A stretch of 34,838 nt of DNA from Pseudopedobacter sp. (GCA_014378285.1 JACMNZ010000098.1:1-34838), one strand, 5' to 3'. Shown: positions 18,930-28,450, numbered from the stretch's first letter. The notes: generated by a model from the sequence alone, not told the origin. Translations and numbers: made by a program.

Positions 18930-19580
18930 ATGAATAAAGAAATGAGAAAATATATCGGTTTTGCATCAGTAATAGTTTTATTATCATGCATAGCAGCAAC
19001 TTTACAAACTCCTAAAAATGTATTAATTGTTGGAGATTCTATATCTATAGGTTATACACCTTATATTCAAAAAGCATTAACAGGGATAAATATAGCGCAT
19101 AACCCTGGAAACGGAGGATCAACCATTAGAGGTGTTCAAAGTATCGAAAAATGGTTGGGAGACACGGAATGGGATGTTATCGTATTCAATTTTGGATTGC
19201 ATGATATGGTTTTTAAAGATTCTTTAAATAAGTATGATGTTGTGCATGGTAAGGTTAGCGTTCCTTTAGATGATTATCGGAAAAACTTACAAATTATAGT
19301 AGATAAATTGAAAGAAACTACTGCAAATTTAGTTTTTGTAACTACCACTACCGTTCCCGAGAATTCCTCCGGCAGAAAAACAGAATCGCCCGCACAGTAC
19401 AATAAAATAGCTAAAGCGGTAATGAAGAAAAACGGAATAGAAGTGTTAGACCTCTATGAGACTTCTTTGAAAGTTCATCCAGAAAATTCAAAACCTGGTA
19501 ATGTTCATTATTCAGAATTAGGTTATGAATTGCTTGCAAAACCTATCACAGAAAAGATAAAATCAAAGTTAAATAGGTAA
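18930..19580 (+). CDS. SGNH/GDSL hydrolase (probable carbohydrate esterase)
   Basis: Block I VLIVGDSIS, block II NGG, block III FNFGLHD, block V NVHYSELGY. N-terminal signal; ATG 18942 is an alternative start. Confidence 0.9.
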   Translation: MNKEMRKYIGFASVIVLLSCIAATLQTPKNVLIVGDSISIGYTPYIQKALTGINIAHNPGNGGSTIRGVQSIEKWLGDTEWDVIVFNFGLHDMVFKDSLNKYDVVHGKVSVPLDDYRKNLQIIVDKLKETTANLVFVTTTTVPENSSGRKTESPAQYNKIAKAVMKKNGIEVLDLYETSLKVHPENSKPGNVHYSELGYELLAKPITEKIKSKLNR

Positions 19581-19607
19581 TCTAATTCATCAATAATTCA
19601 GCATAAA

Positions 19608-21137
19608 ATGCAATTAAAAAAAGAGTTTACAGCAATTCGTATAATTATACTTGTGATACTATGCTCATTAAACACATCAGCTGCAATTGCCCAACAATCA
19701 AAGTATTATACAATTAATACCGATGGGTCTTTAATTTACAAACCAGATGAAAAAGGAAATATTATTCCAGATTTTAGTCGGGTAGGTTATCATATGGGAG
19801 ACAGAGAATTGCCAGAAATAAAAGTTGCAAAAAAGGTTTCACCCGCCACTATTGGTAGCAGTCAACAAATTATCCAAAAAGCAATTGATGAAGTTGCTTT
19901 AATGAAGCCAGATAAAAATGGCTTTAGAGGAGCTGTGTTATTAAAAAAAGGAACCTATAAAATTTCAGGAAACCTTACCATTAAAACAAGTGGGATAGTG
20001 TTAAGAGGTGAAGGTAATGATGAAAACGGCACAAAACTAGTTGCTACCGGAAAAAGTAGAAGAACTTTAATACAGGTTTCTGGCGATGGCAACCCGAGAG
20101 AGATTAAAGGAACCAGAACCAAGGTTACAGATGAATATGTGCCAGTTGGACAGTTCTTTGTAAATGTAGAAAAACCAAAAAATTTTAAAGTTGGAGATGA
20201 AATCATCATTTACAGACCAGGAACAACAAATTGGATTCAGGACTTACAAATGGATAAAATTATTGAACGACCCGGAACATTACAATGGCAGGCTAGTGGC
20301 TACAATTTAACCTTCGAAAGAAAAATAACCGCAATTAAAGGCAATCAAATATTTATAAATCAACCTATCATCATGCCTTTAGAAAAAAAATATGGAGGTG
20401 CTGAAGTCTATAAATTTACTTTTAGTGGCAGAATTGAGGAAGTTGGGATAGAGCAAATTTTGTTTGAGTCTGAATATGCAAATGAGACCGACGAAGAGCA
20501 TTCATGGAAAGCCATTGATTTTGATAAAGTTGATAATGGCTGGGTTAGAAATGTAACTTCTAAATACTTCGCTAATTCTTGTGTAAATCTGAGTAAGGAT
20601 GCAAGATATATCACCGTTACAGATTCTAAATGTTTGGATGCAAAATCGATAATTACTGGAGGGAGAAGATATAGTTTTAATGTCAACGGGTCATTTAACC
20701 TGGTAAAAAATTGCGAAACTACAGAAGGAAGGCATGATTATGTGAGCGGTGCAAAAACCATGGGACCAAATGTTTTTTACAATTGTAAAGCTTCAAACAC
20801 ACATGCAGATATAGGCCCGCACCATCGTTGGTCTGCAGGTGCTTTGTATGATAATATTGTCACAGATGGCGAAATAAATATTCAGGATAGAGGTAATTAT
20901 GGTACCGGGCATGGATGGGTGGGTACAACACAAGTAATATGGAATTGTACAGTTAAAAGAGCTGCTGTTCAAACTCCGTGGGTATCCGGTAAGAATTATT
21001 GTATCGGTTTGGTGGGCGAGAAATATAAAGGCCGTTTAGAAGGTAAACCCGATGGAGAATGGGAAAGTTTAGGAAAACACGTTATGCCTGTTTCATTGTA
21101 TTTAAATCAATTAAAAGCTAGGAAAGAAAAAGATTAG
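19608..21137 (+). CDS. Uncharacterised pectate-lyase-like right-handed beta-helix protein (putative polysaccharide lyase/hydrolase)
   Basis: Signal peptide, IPDFSRVGY, IQKAIDEV, GAVLLKKGTY, GIVLRGEG (beta-helix N-cap pattern), Asn/Cys-stacked repeats (NGWVRNVT, NLVKNC, NVFYNC) and the polar cluster GRHDY, GPHHRWS, GHGW. Confidence 0.72.
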   Translation: MQLKKEFTAIRIIILVILCSLNTSAAIAQQSKYYTINTDGSLIYKPDEKGNIIPDFSRVGYHMGDRELPEIKVAKKVSPATIGSSQQIIQKAIDEVALMKPDKNGFRGAVLLKKGTYKISGNLTIKTSGIVLRGEGNDENGTKLVATGKSRRTLIQVSGDGNPREIKGTRTKVTDEYVPVGQFFVNVEKPKNFKVGDEIIIYRPGTTNWIQDLQMDKIIERPGTLQWQASGYNLTFERKITAIKGNQIFINQPIIMPLEKKYGGAEVYKFTFSGRIEEVGIEQILFESEYANETDEEHSWKAIDFDKVDNGWVRNVTSKYFANSCVNLSKDARYITVTDSKCLDAKSIITGGRRYSFNVNGSFNLVKNCETTEGRHDYVSGAKTMGPNVFYNCKASNTHADIGPHHRWSAGALYDNIVTDGEINIQDRGNYGTGHGWVGTTQVIWNCTVKRAAVQTPWVSGKNYCIGLVGEKYKGRLEGKPDGEWESLGKHVMPVSLYLNQLKARKEKD

Positions 21138-21223
21138 CTTGATATTAAGTAGAGTTGCACATTTGAAGAAAAACAAAAACGACCACCTAAAACAGCTGAT
21201 AAATAAATTTAAAACCGAAAATC

Positions 21224-23599
21224 ATGAATGCTTTTTTAATTAAAAAAATCGTAATTGGTGCAGTAGCAATTGTGGTATTTCAATTTAAGGCACCAGCACA
21301 ACAAAAAGTTGAAATGTTTCCGTTAACGGCTGTCACGTTAGAAGATAAACTCTTTTTAAAAGCTCAACAAAATAACTTAAGATATATCTTGGCTCTGGAA
21401 CCCGACCGATTGCTGGCACCTTTCTTAAAAGAAGCAGGTATAAAACCTAAAGCGCCTATTTATGGGAATTGGGAAACTAGTGGTTTGGGTGGCCAAACGG
21501 GAGGTCATTATCTTTCTGCACTATCAATGATGTATGCCGCAACAAAAAATCCAGAACTCAAAAAACGTTTGGATTATATGATTGATGAACTTGCTATTTG
21601 TCAGAAAAAAAACGGCAATGGATACGTTGGAGGTGTGCCTGATGGAATGTTAATGTGGGCTGATTTGGCAGGTGGTAAAATTGAAGTTTCTAATTTTTCG
21701 CTAAATAAAAAATGGGTACCATGGTATAATATGCATAAACTTTACGCTGGTTTAATAGATACTTGGCTGATTACCGGCAATTTAAAATCAAAACAAATTT
21801 TAATAGAGCTTGCGGATTGGTGTATTTCAATAACGTCAAAATTAAGCGACAAACAAATGCAGGAAATGTTACGCTGCGAACAAGGTGGGATGAACGAGGT
21901 TTTAGCTGAGGTAGCATCTATAACAGGAGATGAAAAATACATGCAACTGGCTAAGCGTTTTTCTCATCAATTTATTTTGGAACCCCTGTTAGAACAAAAA
22001 GATGAACTTACAGGCTTGCATGCAAATACACAAATCCCCAAAGTTATAGGCTTTATGCGCATAGGAGAACTTACCAATAGTTTGGCTTGGAAAAACGCAG
22101 CCGCTTTTTTTTGGGAAACAGTAGTGACTACCAGAAGCTTATCAATAGGAGGAAATAGTGTGAAAGAACATTTCAATAAAATAGATGATTTTTCGCCACT
22201 AATGCACCATAAAGAAGGGCCTGAAACCTGCAATAGTTATAATATGCTTAAACTAAGCAAACACCTATTTCTGGAACATCCACAAAGTAAATTTATAGAC
22301 TATTATGAAAAAACCACCTATAACCACATATTATCTTCTCAACATCCAGCGCATGGCGGCTTGGTATATTTAACACCGCTTAGGGCGCAACATTATAGAG
22401 TTTACTCTAGCCCAGGGTTAAATTTTTGGTGTTGTGTTGGTACGGGGATTGAAAATCATGCAAAATATGGTGAAATGATTTATGCCCATCAAAAAGATGA
22501 TTTATATGTAAACCTGTTTATTGCGTCAACACTAACTTGGGAAGAAAAAGGACTTACATTGAAACAGGAGACTAAATTTCCTTTTGAAGAAAAGTCCCGT
22601 TTAACGCTTGAAATCAAAAAGCCAAAAACTTTTACCATTAATATTAGAAAACCAAAGTGGCTAAAATCAGATGCAACACAAATATGGATTAATGATAAGC
22701 CATTAAATGTAAAAACTAATAGCAATGGTTATTACCCAATTAAAAGAAGGTGGGCGGCAAAAGATGAAATTAGATTTTCATTACCTATGGAAACAAAAGT
22801 AGAGCCTTTGCCAGACGGATCTCCATGGGTTTCTTTTATGTATGGCCCAATCGTACTGGCTGCAGCCACTTCTACAGCGAACTTAAATGGGCTAATTGCT
22901 GCCGACGTTAAACAGGCAAATATTGCTAAAGGGCCACTCTTCTCGGTTTCTGACGCTCCGGTAATTATTGCAGATTCAAATTCTTTTAGCCCTGATTTAG
23001 AGATAATTAATAAAGATGAATTAACCTTTGGAATTTCTAAGCACATCTATCAGGAGAAGTACAAAAAGCTGAAATTAATTCCATTCTTTAAGTTACACGA
23101 CGCCCGGTATATGGTTTATTGGCCCGTAAGTAAATTAGAAAACGTTGAAGATAATCGTAAAAAATGGTTGGCAGATGAACGCACTTTATTACCTCTTGAA
23201 ACATCTACCATTGATTTTGTGGCGACAGGTGAACAACAATCAGAGGTTGAACACGATTTTGATGCCGAACAAACCGAAGATGGATTTTTAAAAGACAGGC
23301 GCTGGAGAAATACTACATCATGGTTTAGTTATAAACTTAAAAATGATGATAAAGACGCTAAAAAGCTAAGAATAACGCATTATGGAGCAGAAAAAGGAGA
23401 ATATACCATTTTTATAAATGATAATTTTTTTCAGAAAGTAGTGCTGAGTGGAACCAATGGCGATAAGTTTATTGACGACGAGTACATTTTACCACTAGAG
23501 TTGGTTAAAAATTATGACGGTAAACCCTTAACAATAAAGCTTGTTGCGGATAAAAACTCTTCTACTGCTAAAATATTTTATATCAGATTATTAAAATAA
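21224..23599 (+). CDS. Beta-L-arabinofuranosidase, GH146 (GH127-related)
   Basis: YGNWE..GL.G..GGHYLSA, WVPWYNMHK, EQGGMNE, GLHANTQIPK, ETCNSYNMLKL, FWCCVGTG.ENH (Zn/Cys catalytic centre), GEQQSE.EH C-terminal domain. Confidence 0.92.
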   Translation: MNAFLIKKIVIGAVAIVVFQFKAPAQQKVEMFPLTAVTLEDKLFLKAQQNNLRYILALEPDRLLAPFLKEAGIKPKAPIYGNWETSGLGGQTGGHYLSALSMMYAATKNPELKKRLDYMIDELAICQKKNGNGYVGGVPDGMLMWADLAGGKIEVSNFSLNKKWVPWYNMHKLYAGLIDTWLITGNLKSKQILIELADWCISITSKLSDKQMQEMLRCEQGGMNEVLAEVASITGDEKYMQLAKRFSHQFILEPLLEQKDELTGLHANTQIPKVIGFMRIGELTNSLAWKNAAAFFWETVVTTRSLSIGGNSVKEHFNKIDDFSPLMHHKEGPETCNSYNMLKLSKHLFLEHPQSKFIDYYEKTTYNHILSSQHPAHGGLVYLTPLRAQHYRVYSSPGLNFWCCVGTGIENHAKYGEMIYAHQKDDLYVNLFIASTLTWEEKGLTLKQETKFPFEEKSRLTLEIKKPKTFTINIRKPKWLKSDATQIWINDKPLNVKTNSNGYYPIKRRWAAKDEIRFSLPMETKVEPLPDGSPWVSFMYGPIVLAAATSTANLNGLIAADVKQANIAKGPLFSVSDAPVIIADSNSFSPDLEIINKDELTFGISKHIYQEKYKKLKLIPFFKLHDARYMVYWPVSKLENVEDNRKKWLADERTLLPLETSTIDFVATGEQQSEVEHDFDAEQTEDGFLKDRRWRNTTSWFSYKLKNDDKDAKKLRITHYGAEKGEYTIFINDNFFQKVVLSGTNGDKFIDDEYILPLELVKNYDGKPLTIKLVADKNSSTAKIFYIRLLK

Positions 23600-23803
23600 A
23601 AACTATTACATATAAATTTAGCTTTTTCAACTGATCCAATTATTTTTTTTACAAACTGAAAATACGCCGATAAAACAGAAATTGTTCAATTAAATTTATC
23701 TGTTGCGTAAAACCAATTTAGCCCAAAATGTAATCAAAGGGAAATGAACTTATCTTTATTTTCAACATAAATAATCAATTATAATAAAAATTAAAAAAAG
23801 CAG

Positions 23804-25795
23804 ATGAAGTATTTATATAATTACCGCATTTTATTTTTCATAATAAGCCTGTTAAGCTTTAAATCGGCTTTAGCCCAAAACACACCACTATTTACTGTTA
23901 AAGCTAATCAACCAAAAGCCAAAGTTTCCCCAAATATGTGGGGTGTTTTTTTTGAAGATATCAACATGGGTGCAGATGGTGGTCTATATGCAGAAATGGT
24001 AAAAAACCGTTCTTTCGAGTTTTTTGAGCCATTGATGGGTTGGAAAACAGAAGGTAAGGGAATTAAAGAGGGAGATTTTTTAGTGCATAACAGAAAAGCC
24101 ACCAACACCAATAACCCTAGATATTTAAGAGTTAAAGTTATTAATGCAGCAAAGGGAACGGTTGGAATCAACAACGAAGGTTTTAGAGGTATGGGGATTA
24201 AAGAAGGTTTGCAGTATGATTTTTCTATGCTTTATAAACAAGAAACTTCAAACTTAAAAATGCACTTAGAATTGCTGAATAGCAAAGGAGAGATAATTGG
24301 TGAAACAGAAATTAAACCAGCAATAGCCGATGGCAATTGGCATAAACAAGCTGTAAGTTTTAAATCAAACGCTACTGAATTAAAAGGGGGATTTAGAATT
24401 TGGTTTGAAGGAAGTGGACAAATTGATTTAGATATGATTTCTCTTTTTCCAGAAGATACCTGGATGAAACGCCCTGGAGGAATGCGGGCTGATATGGTGC
24501 AGCTTTTAGCGGATATGAAACCTGGTTTTATACGTTTTCCGGGCGGTTGTATTGTAGAAGGTTTTGATTTATCAAACCGTTACCAATGGAAAAAAACTGT
24601 TGGGCCTATAGAAGAACGCCAATTGATTATCAACAGATGGAATACAGAGTTTAACCATCGTCAAACACCAGATTATTTTCAAACTTTTGGCTTAGGATTT
24701 TTTGAGTATTTCCAACTTGCAGAAGATATTGGTGCAGAGGCCTTGCCAATTTTAAATTGTGGCATGGCTTGTCAGTTTAATACTTCTGAGGTAGTCCCGC
24801 TAGAAGATTTGGATGAATACGTACAGGATGCCTTAGATTTAGTAGAGTTTGCCAATGGCGATGTGAATACCAAATGGGGTAAGTTACGTAGTGATATGGG
24901 ACATCCAAAACCATTTAATTTAAAAAAATTGGGGGTTGGAAACGAAAATTGGGGTCCCCAATATGTAGAACGGTTAAAAGTTTTCAATAAGGCTTTGAAA
25001 GCCAAATATCCTGATATTCTATTGGTTTTTAGTTCAGGTGCTAACCCAGATGGACCTAAATTTGACTTATTAGATAGGGAATTAAGAGCTATTAATGCAG
25101 ATATTATTGATGAACATTATTATAGAAGTCCTGAGTGGTTTTTGGAAAACGTTTCACGTTATGATAATTATAGTCGTCAGGGGTCTAAAATTTTTGCGGG
25201 CGAATACGCTGCCCAAAGTGAACGAATAGCTAGTCCAAACAACAAAAATAATTGGAAAACAGCTATCGCAGAAGCCTCTTTTTTAACTGGATTAGAGCGT
25301 AACGCTGATGTAGTAATAATGGCTTCTTATGCACCACTTTTTGCACATGTTGATGCGTGGCAGTGGGCGCCTGATATGATTTGGGTTGATAATTTGCAAG
25401 CTTATGGAACGCCCAACTATCAGGTTCAAAAATTGTATGCTACCAATAAAGGAACTGATGTTGTGCCTGTTTTAAACGGAGAACAAACAATTGCAGGTAA
25501 AGATGGCTATTATGCATCTGCAACTATTGATAAAGTAACTAATGAAGTGATTATAAAAATCTCAAATTATTCGGCGACAGCCAGAGAAGTTGTTTTTAAA
25601 ATTGATGGAGTAAAGAAACTCGCTTCAAAAGGATCAAATACTTATTTATCATCAGATAATTTGGATGATGTTAATTCTATTCAAAATCCTAAAAATGTTA
25701 GCCCAAAAGAAAAGGAAGTTACAGCTAAAGGAAATCAAGTTAAAACTATTTTGGCGCCTTATTCTTTTAATGTGATTAAGTTTAAAATGGGTTAA
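23804..25795 (+). CDS. Alpha-L-arabinofuranosidase, GH51 (with CBM4/9-like insert)
   Basis: GVFFEDIN..ADGGLYAEMVKNRSFE, RFPGGC, GVGNENWG (acid/base Glu), DEHYY, GEYAA (nucleophile Glu), GLERNADVV.MASYAPL. Confidence 0.96.
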   Translation: MKYLYNYRILFFIISLLSFKSALAQNTPLFTVKANQPKAKVSPNMWGVFFEDINMGADGGLYAEMVKNRSFEFFEPLMGWKTEGKGIKEGDFLVHNRKATNTNNPRYLRVKVINAAKGTVGINNEGFRGMGIKEGLQYDFSMLYKQETSNLKMHLELLNSKGEIIGETEIKPAIADGNWHKQAVSFKSNATELKGGFRIWFEGSGQIDLDMISLFPEDTWMKRPGGMRADMVQLLADMKPGFIRFPGGCIVEGFDLSNRYQWKKTVGPIEERQLIINRWNTEFNHRQTPDYFQTFGLGFFEYFQLAEDIGAEALPILNCGMACQFNTSEVVPLEDLDEYVQDALDLVEFANGDVNTKWGKLRSDMGHPKPFNLKKLGVGNENWGPQYVERLKVFNKALKAKYPDILLVFSSGANPDGPKFDLLDRELRAINADIIDEHYYRSPEWFLENVSRYDNYSRQGSKIFAGEYAAQSERIASPNNKNNWKTAIAEASFLTGLERNADVVIMASYAPLFAHVDAWQWAPDMIWVDNLQAYGTPNYQVQKLYATNKGTDVVPVLNGEQTIAGKDGYYASATIDKVTNEVIIKISNYSATAREVVFKIDGVKKLASKGSNTYLSSDNLDDVNSIQNPKNVSPKEKEVTAKGNQVKTILAPYSFNVIKFKMG

Positions 25796-25966
25796 TTGGT
25801 TTAAAAAAAATAGGTTTTTGTGTATCAAGTATATCTTGTACGATATCTAAATTAATTTTTCTTTAAAATTTACACCTAATTTTTTAATCTATCACTTATG
25901 TTTCAATAGTCTATGCGGGCTTTTTGCCTTTCAATAATAGCAACAAATTAAAAATAAAAGAAGTCG

Positions 25967-26170
25967 ATGAAGTTTTTTTACTTTAAATTATTTCTTGTTT
26001 TTATTCCAACCTAAATACCCAACAAATCCAACGACTTACCACAAATCTGGAATTTTTAAAAAGTGATTGAGTTGGAATTTGGGAGGTCAGCCGCTTTGCA
26101 AAAAAGGGAAACCTCCAAACGGTGACCCTTATTTACCAAGGTTGCTCTGCCGTATTGTTTTAACGTTACG
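25967..26170 (+). pseudogene. Decayed 5' fragment of a GH2 gene homologous to the GH2 at 34237
   Basis: From 26020 it reads QQIQRLTTNLEFLKSD*VGIWEVSRFAKKGNLQTV, then after a frameshift PLFTKVALPYCFNVT. The GH2 at 34237 reads QQSKRLHNNWEFLKSDLGGIWEAMRPAKPGSSESVPIWTKVNLPHCFNAE. Shared DNA includes TTTTTAAAAAGTGATT, TGGAATTTGGGA and ATTGTTTTAACG. Confidence 0.85.
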
Positions 26171-26688
26171 GTAATCCACTTTAAACTAAAAGTTGAAGCT
26201 ATCCGCAGTTGAGATCATCATGCTGATGTTTGCCAATTCCTGGTAATTATCTATGTTAAACCCTTAGTTATTATTTTAAGCCATCAACCTAACTGATGAT
26301 TTTAGCTTTTACAAAATGGTAATTACCCATGCCTACATCATTATCAATGATACCACCAACTAAAAAAAAATTCGTTTTTGGTACAAAAGCGTTAAAAGAC
26401 CAATGGTGCACATAAAAAATAATACAAGGAAGAGTGGGTAAGATGAATAAAGTTGCAGAAACAAATTATATATCAAATCTCCCTGCTTTAGGAGATGGAT
26501 ACATTTTTAGTACTGATAAACCTGTTTTTCCACATTCTTTTTCTTTTACGCAGTTAAAAAGAAAGATTACAATAACTAATTTTTTTAAGCAATCAGATTT
26601 TAGATCATAAACAGTATTGGTTTATCAGGTATATTGCAAAATAATTTATAAATTGCTGTACCTATTAATACCTTTTAAACCAATATAA

Positions 26689-27273
26689 ATGCTCGATAAA
26701 AATCTTATTGACATAGATTTTAATGATGATATAGACGAATCTTTTTTTAAAACGATTTACGTTGATTTTTATCCAGGATTAATTGTTTTTGCAAACGGTT
26801 ATTTAAAAGATATTGCGATGGCAGAGGATACCGTCGAAGATGTTTTTGTGAAACTATGGATTAATAAATACACCATTTCTGCCATAAAGAATCTTAAATT
26901 ATACCTTTTTATTTCGGTAAAAAACGCCTGTATAAATCAACTGGTAAAGCAAAAGAGAATAAATATTCAACTTTTAGATGATTTTGAGATAGATATAAAG
27001 GATATTACCGCAACCGCGGAAGAAAACATGATTTCTGATGAGCGTATTGCGCTGATAAATACCGAGCTTAACAAGCTTCCAAAAAAATGTAGAGCAATAT
27101 TTATTTTGGTAAAAGAAGAGGAGTTAAAATACAGAGAAGTTGCAACTTTACTTAATCTTTCAATTAAAACCATAGAGGCGCAAATGTCTATAGCCTTCAA
27201 AAAATTAGCACTCGCTTTTCAGGACGAGTTTCCAGCGTACTTTGTAAAAGCAAGTAGAAAGAAATCGGTTTAA
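26689..27273 (+). CDS. ECF RNA polymerase sigma-70 factor (Bacteroidota PUL-associated type)
   Basis: AEDTVEDVFVKLW (region 2), YLFISVKNACIN, LPKKCRAIFILVKEEELKYREVA..L.LSIKTIEAQM (region 4). It lies upstream of a FecR-type gene. Confidence 0.95.
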   Translation: MLDKNLIDIDFNDDIDESFFKTIYVDFYPGLIVFANGYLKDIAMAEDTVEDVFVKLWINKYTISAIKNLKLYLFISVKNACINQLVKQKRINIQLLDDFEIDIKDITATAEENMISDERIALINTELNKLPKKCRAIFILVKEEELKYREVATLLNLSIKTIEAQMSIAFKKLALAFQDEFPAYFVKASRKKSV

Positions 27274-27290
27274 AAATAAATATTTCTTTT

Positions 27291-27325
27291 TAAGGGTATC
27301 GCTATTTTTAATTGTCCTTGTAATA
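27291..27325 (+). promoter_or_regulatory. Candidate ECF-sigma promoter of the fecR-susC-susD operon
   Basis: TAAGGGTA (27291) ... TTGTCCTTGTA (27312), ending a few nt before the ATG at 27328. It resembles the bipartite motif I recall upstream of Bacteroidota anti-sigma genes; not verified. Confidence 0.5.
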
Positions 27326-27327
27326 GG

Positions 27328-28407
27328 ATGGATGATAAAAGCAGATTTCTAGAACTTTTAGCAAAAAAGAAGCTCAACAATGCTACTTTAAATGACATTG
27401 CCGAACTTAATCTTTTATGTAAAGATTATGAAATCGATTTAAATGCCTTTAATAAAACCAACCAAATTCTAGAAATCAAGTTTTCTACTAAAGATTTACC
27501 TAACACACAGCAAACCCAAAAAAGTTGGGAAAATTTCAAGCTTAAAGTTGCCTCAATAGAACCTAAAAATGATATAAATATTGAAATCAATCATAAACGC
27601 AAGAGAAAAATATTTTTTTATTATGTAGCGGCGGCAAGTTTTTTAATTTGTATTGGAATAAGCTTCTTGTTTTTTAGAAACAGTTTTAAAGAAACAGATA
27701 AGCTAAATATTATCAGCACACAAAATGGTTCAAAATCTAAAGTACAAATGCCAGATGGTACTCAGGTTTGGTTAAACAGTGGTAGCAAGATAACCTATAA
27801 CAATCAATACGGAATAGATACCAGAACAGTAACGCTAATTGGAGAAGCATTTTTTGATGTTAAACATGATGCCAAACATCCTTTTATCATCCATACAAAA
27901 AACCTTAACTTAAAAGTTTTGGGTACTGCTTTTAATGTTAGGGCTTATGCCAACGATCCTTTAAGTGAGGCCACATTGGTTAGAGGATCGCTGCAAGTTT
28001 CTTTTCCAAACCGCCCTGACGAAAAAATGGTGTTAAAGCCTAAAGAAAAAGTTTCTTACAATGATGTAGATGCAACAACATTGAACAGGAATATTGTAAA
28101 AACAGAATTTAAACCAATGATTACGCTTACAAAGGTTGAATATTCTCCTAATGAGAAAGTAATAGAAGAGATTGCTTGGAAAGAAGATAAATTGATTTTT
28201 AGAAGTAAAGAATTTAACGAACTAGCTTTAGATTTAGAACGCTGGTATAATGTAAAGATAGAGATAGAAAACAATAGTATAAAAGGTAAAAAATTTACGG
28301 GGATTTTTAAAAATGAGAGTGTTTTTGAAGCATTGAACGCTTTAAAACAAACTTATTCTTTTAACTATGTGTTCGATAAGACAACCAACAAAATAGTAAT
28401 CAATTAA
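27328..28407 (+). CDS. FecR family anti-sigma factor
   Basis: Single TM (YYVAAASFLICIGISFLFF), MPDGTQVWLNSGSKI.Y, R.V.L.GEAFFDV.HD..HPF, VLGTAFNVRAY, AWKE..L.F, LERWYNV.I, FTG.F. Confidence 0.95.
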   Translation: MDDKSRFLELLAKKKLNNATLNDIAELNLLCKDYEIDLNAFNKTNQILEIKFSTKDLPNTQQTQKSWENFKLKVASIEPKNDINIEINHKRKRKIFFYYVAAASFLICIGISFLFFRNSFKETDKLNIISTQNGSKSKVQMPDGTQVWLNSGSKITYNNQYGIDTRTVTLIGEAFFDVKHDAKHPFIIHTKNLNLKVLGTAFNVRAYANDPLSEATLVRGSLQVSFPNRPDEKMVLKPKEKVSYNDVDATTLNRNIVKTEFKPMITLTKVEYSPNEKVIEEIAWKEDKLIFRSKEFNELALDLERWYNVKIEIENNSIKGKKFTGIFKNESVFEALNALKQTYSFNYVFDKTTNKIVIN

Positions 28408-28450
28408 ACCAATTTTAAATTAAAATAAACGATGACAAAAAAACCGACCT

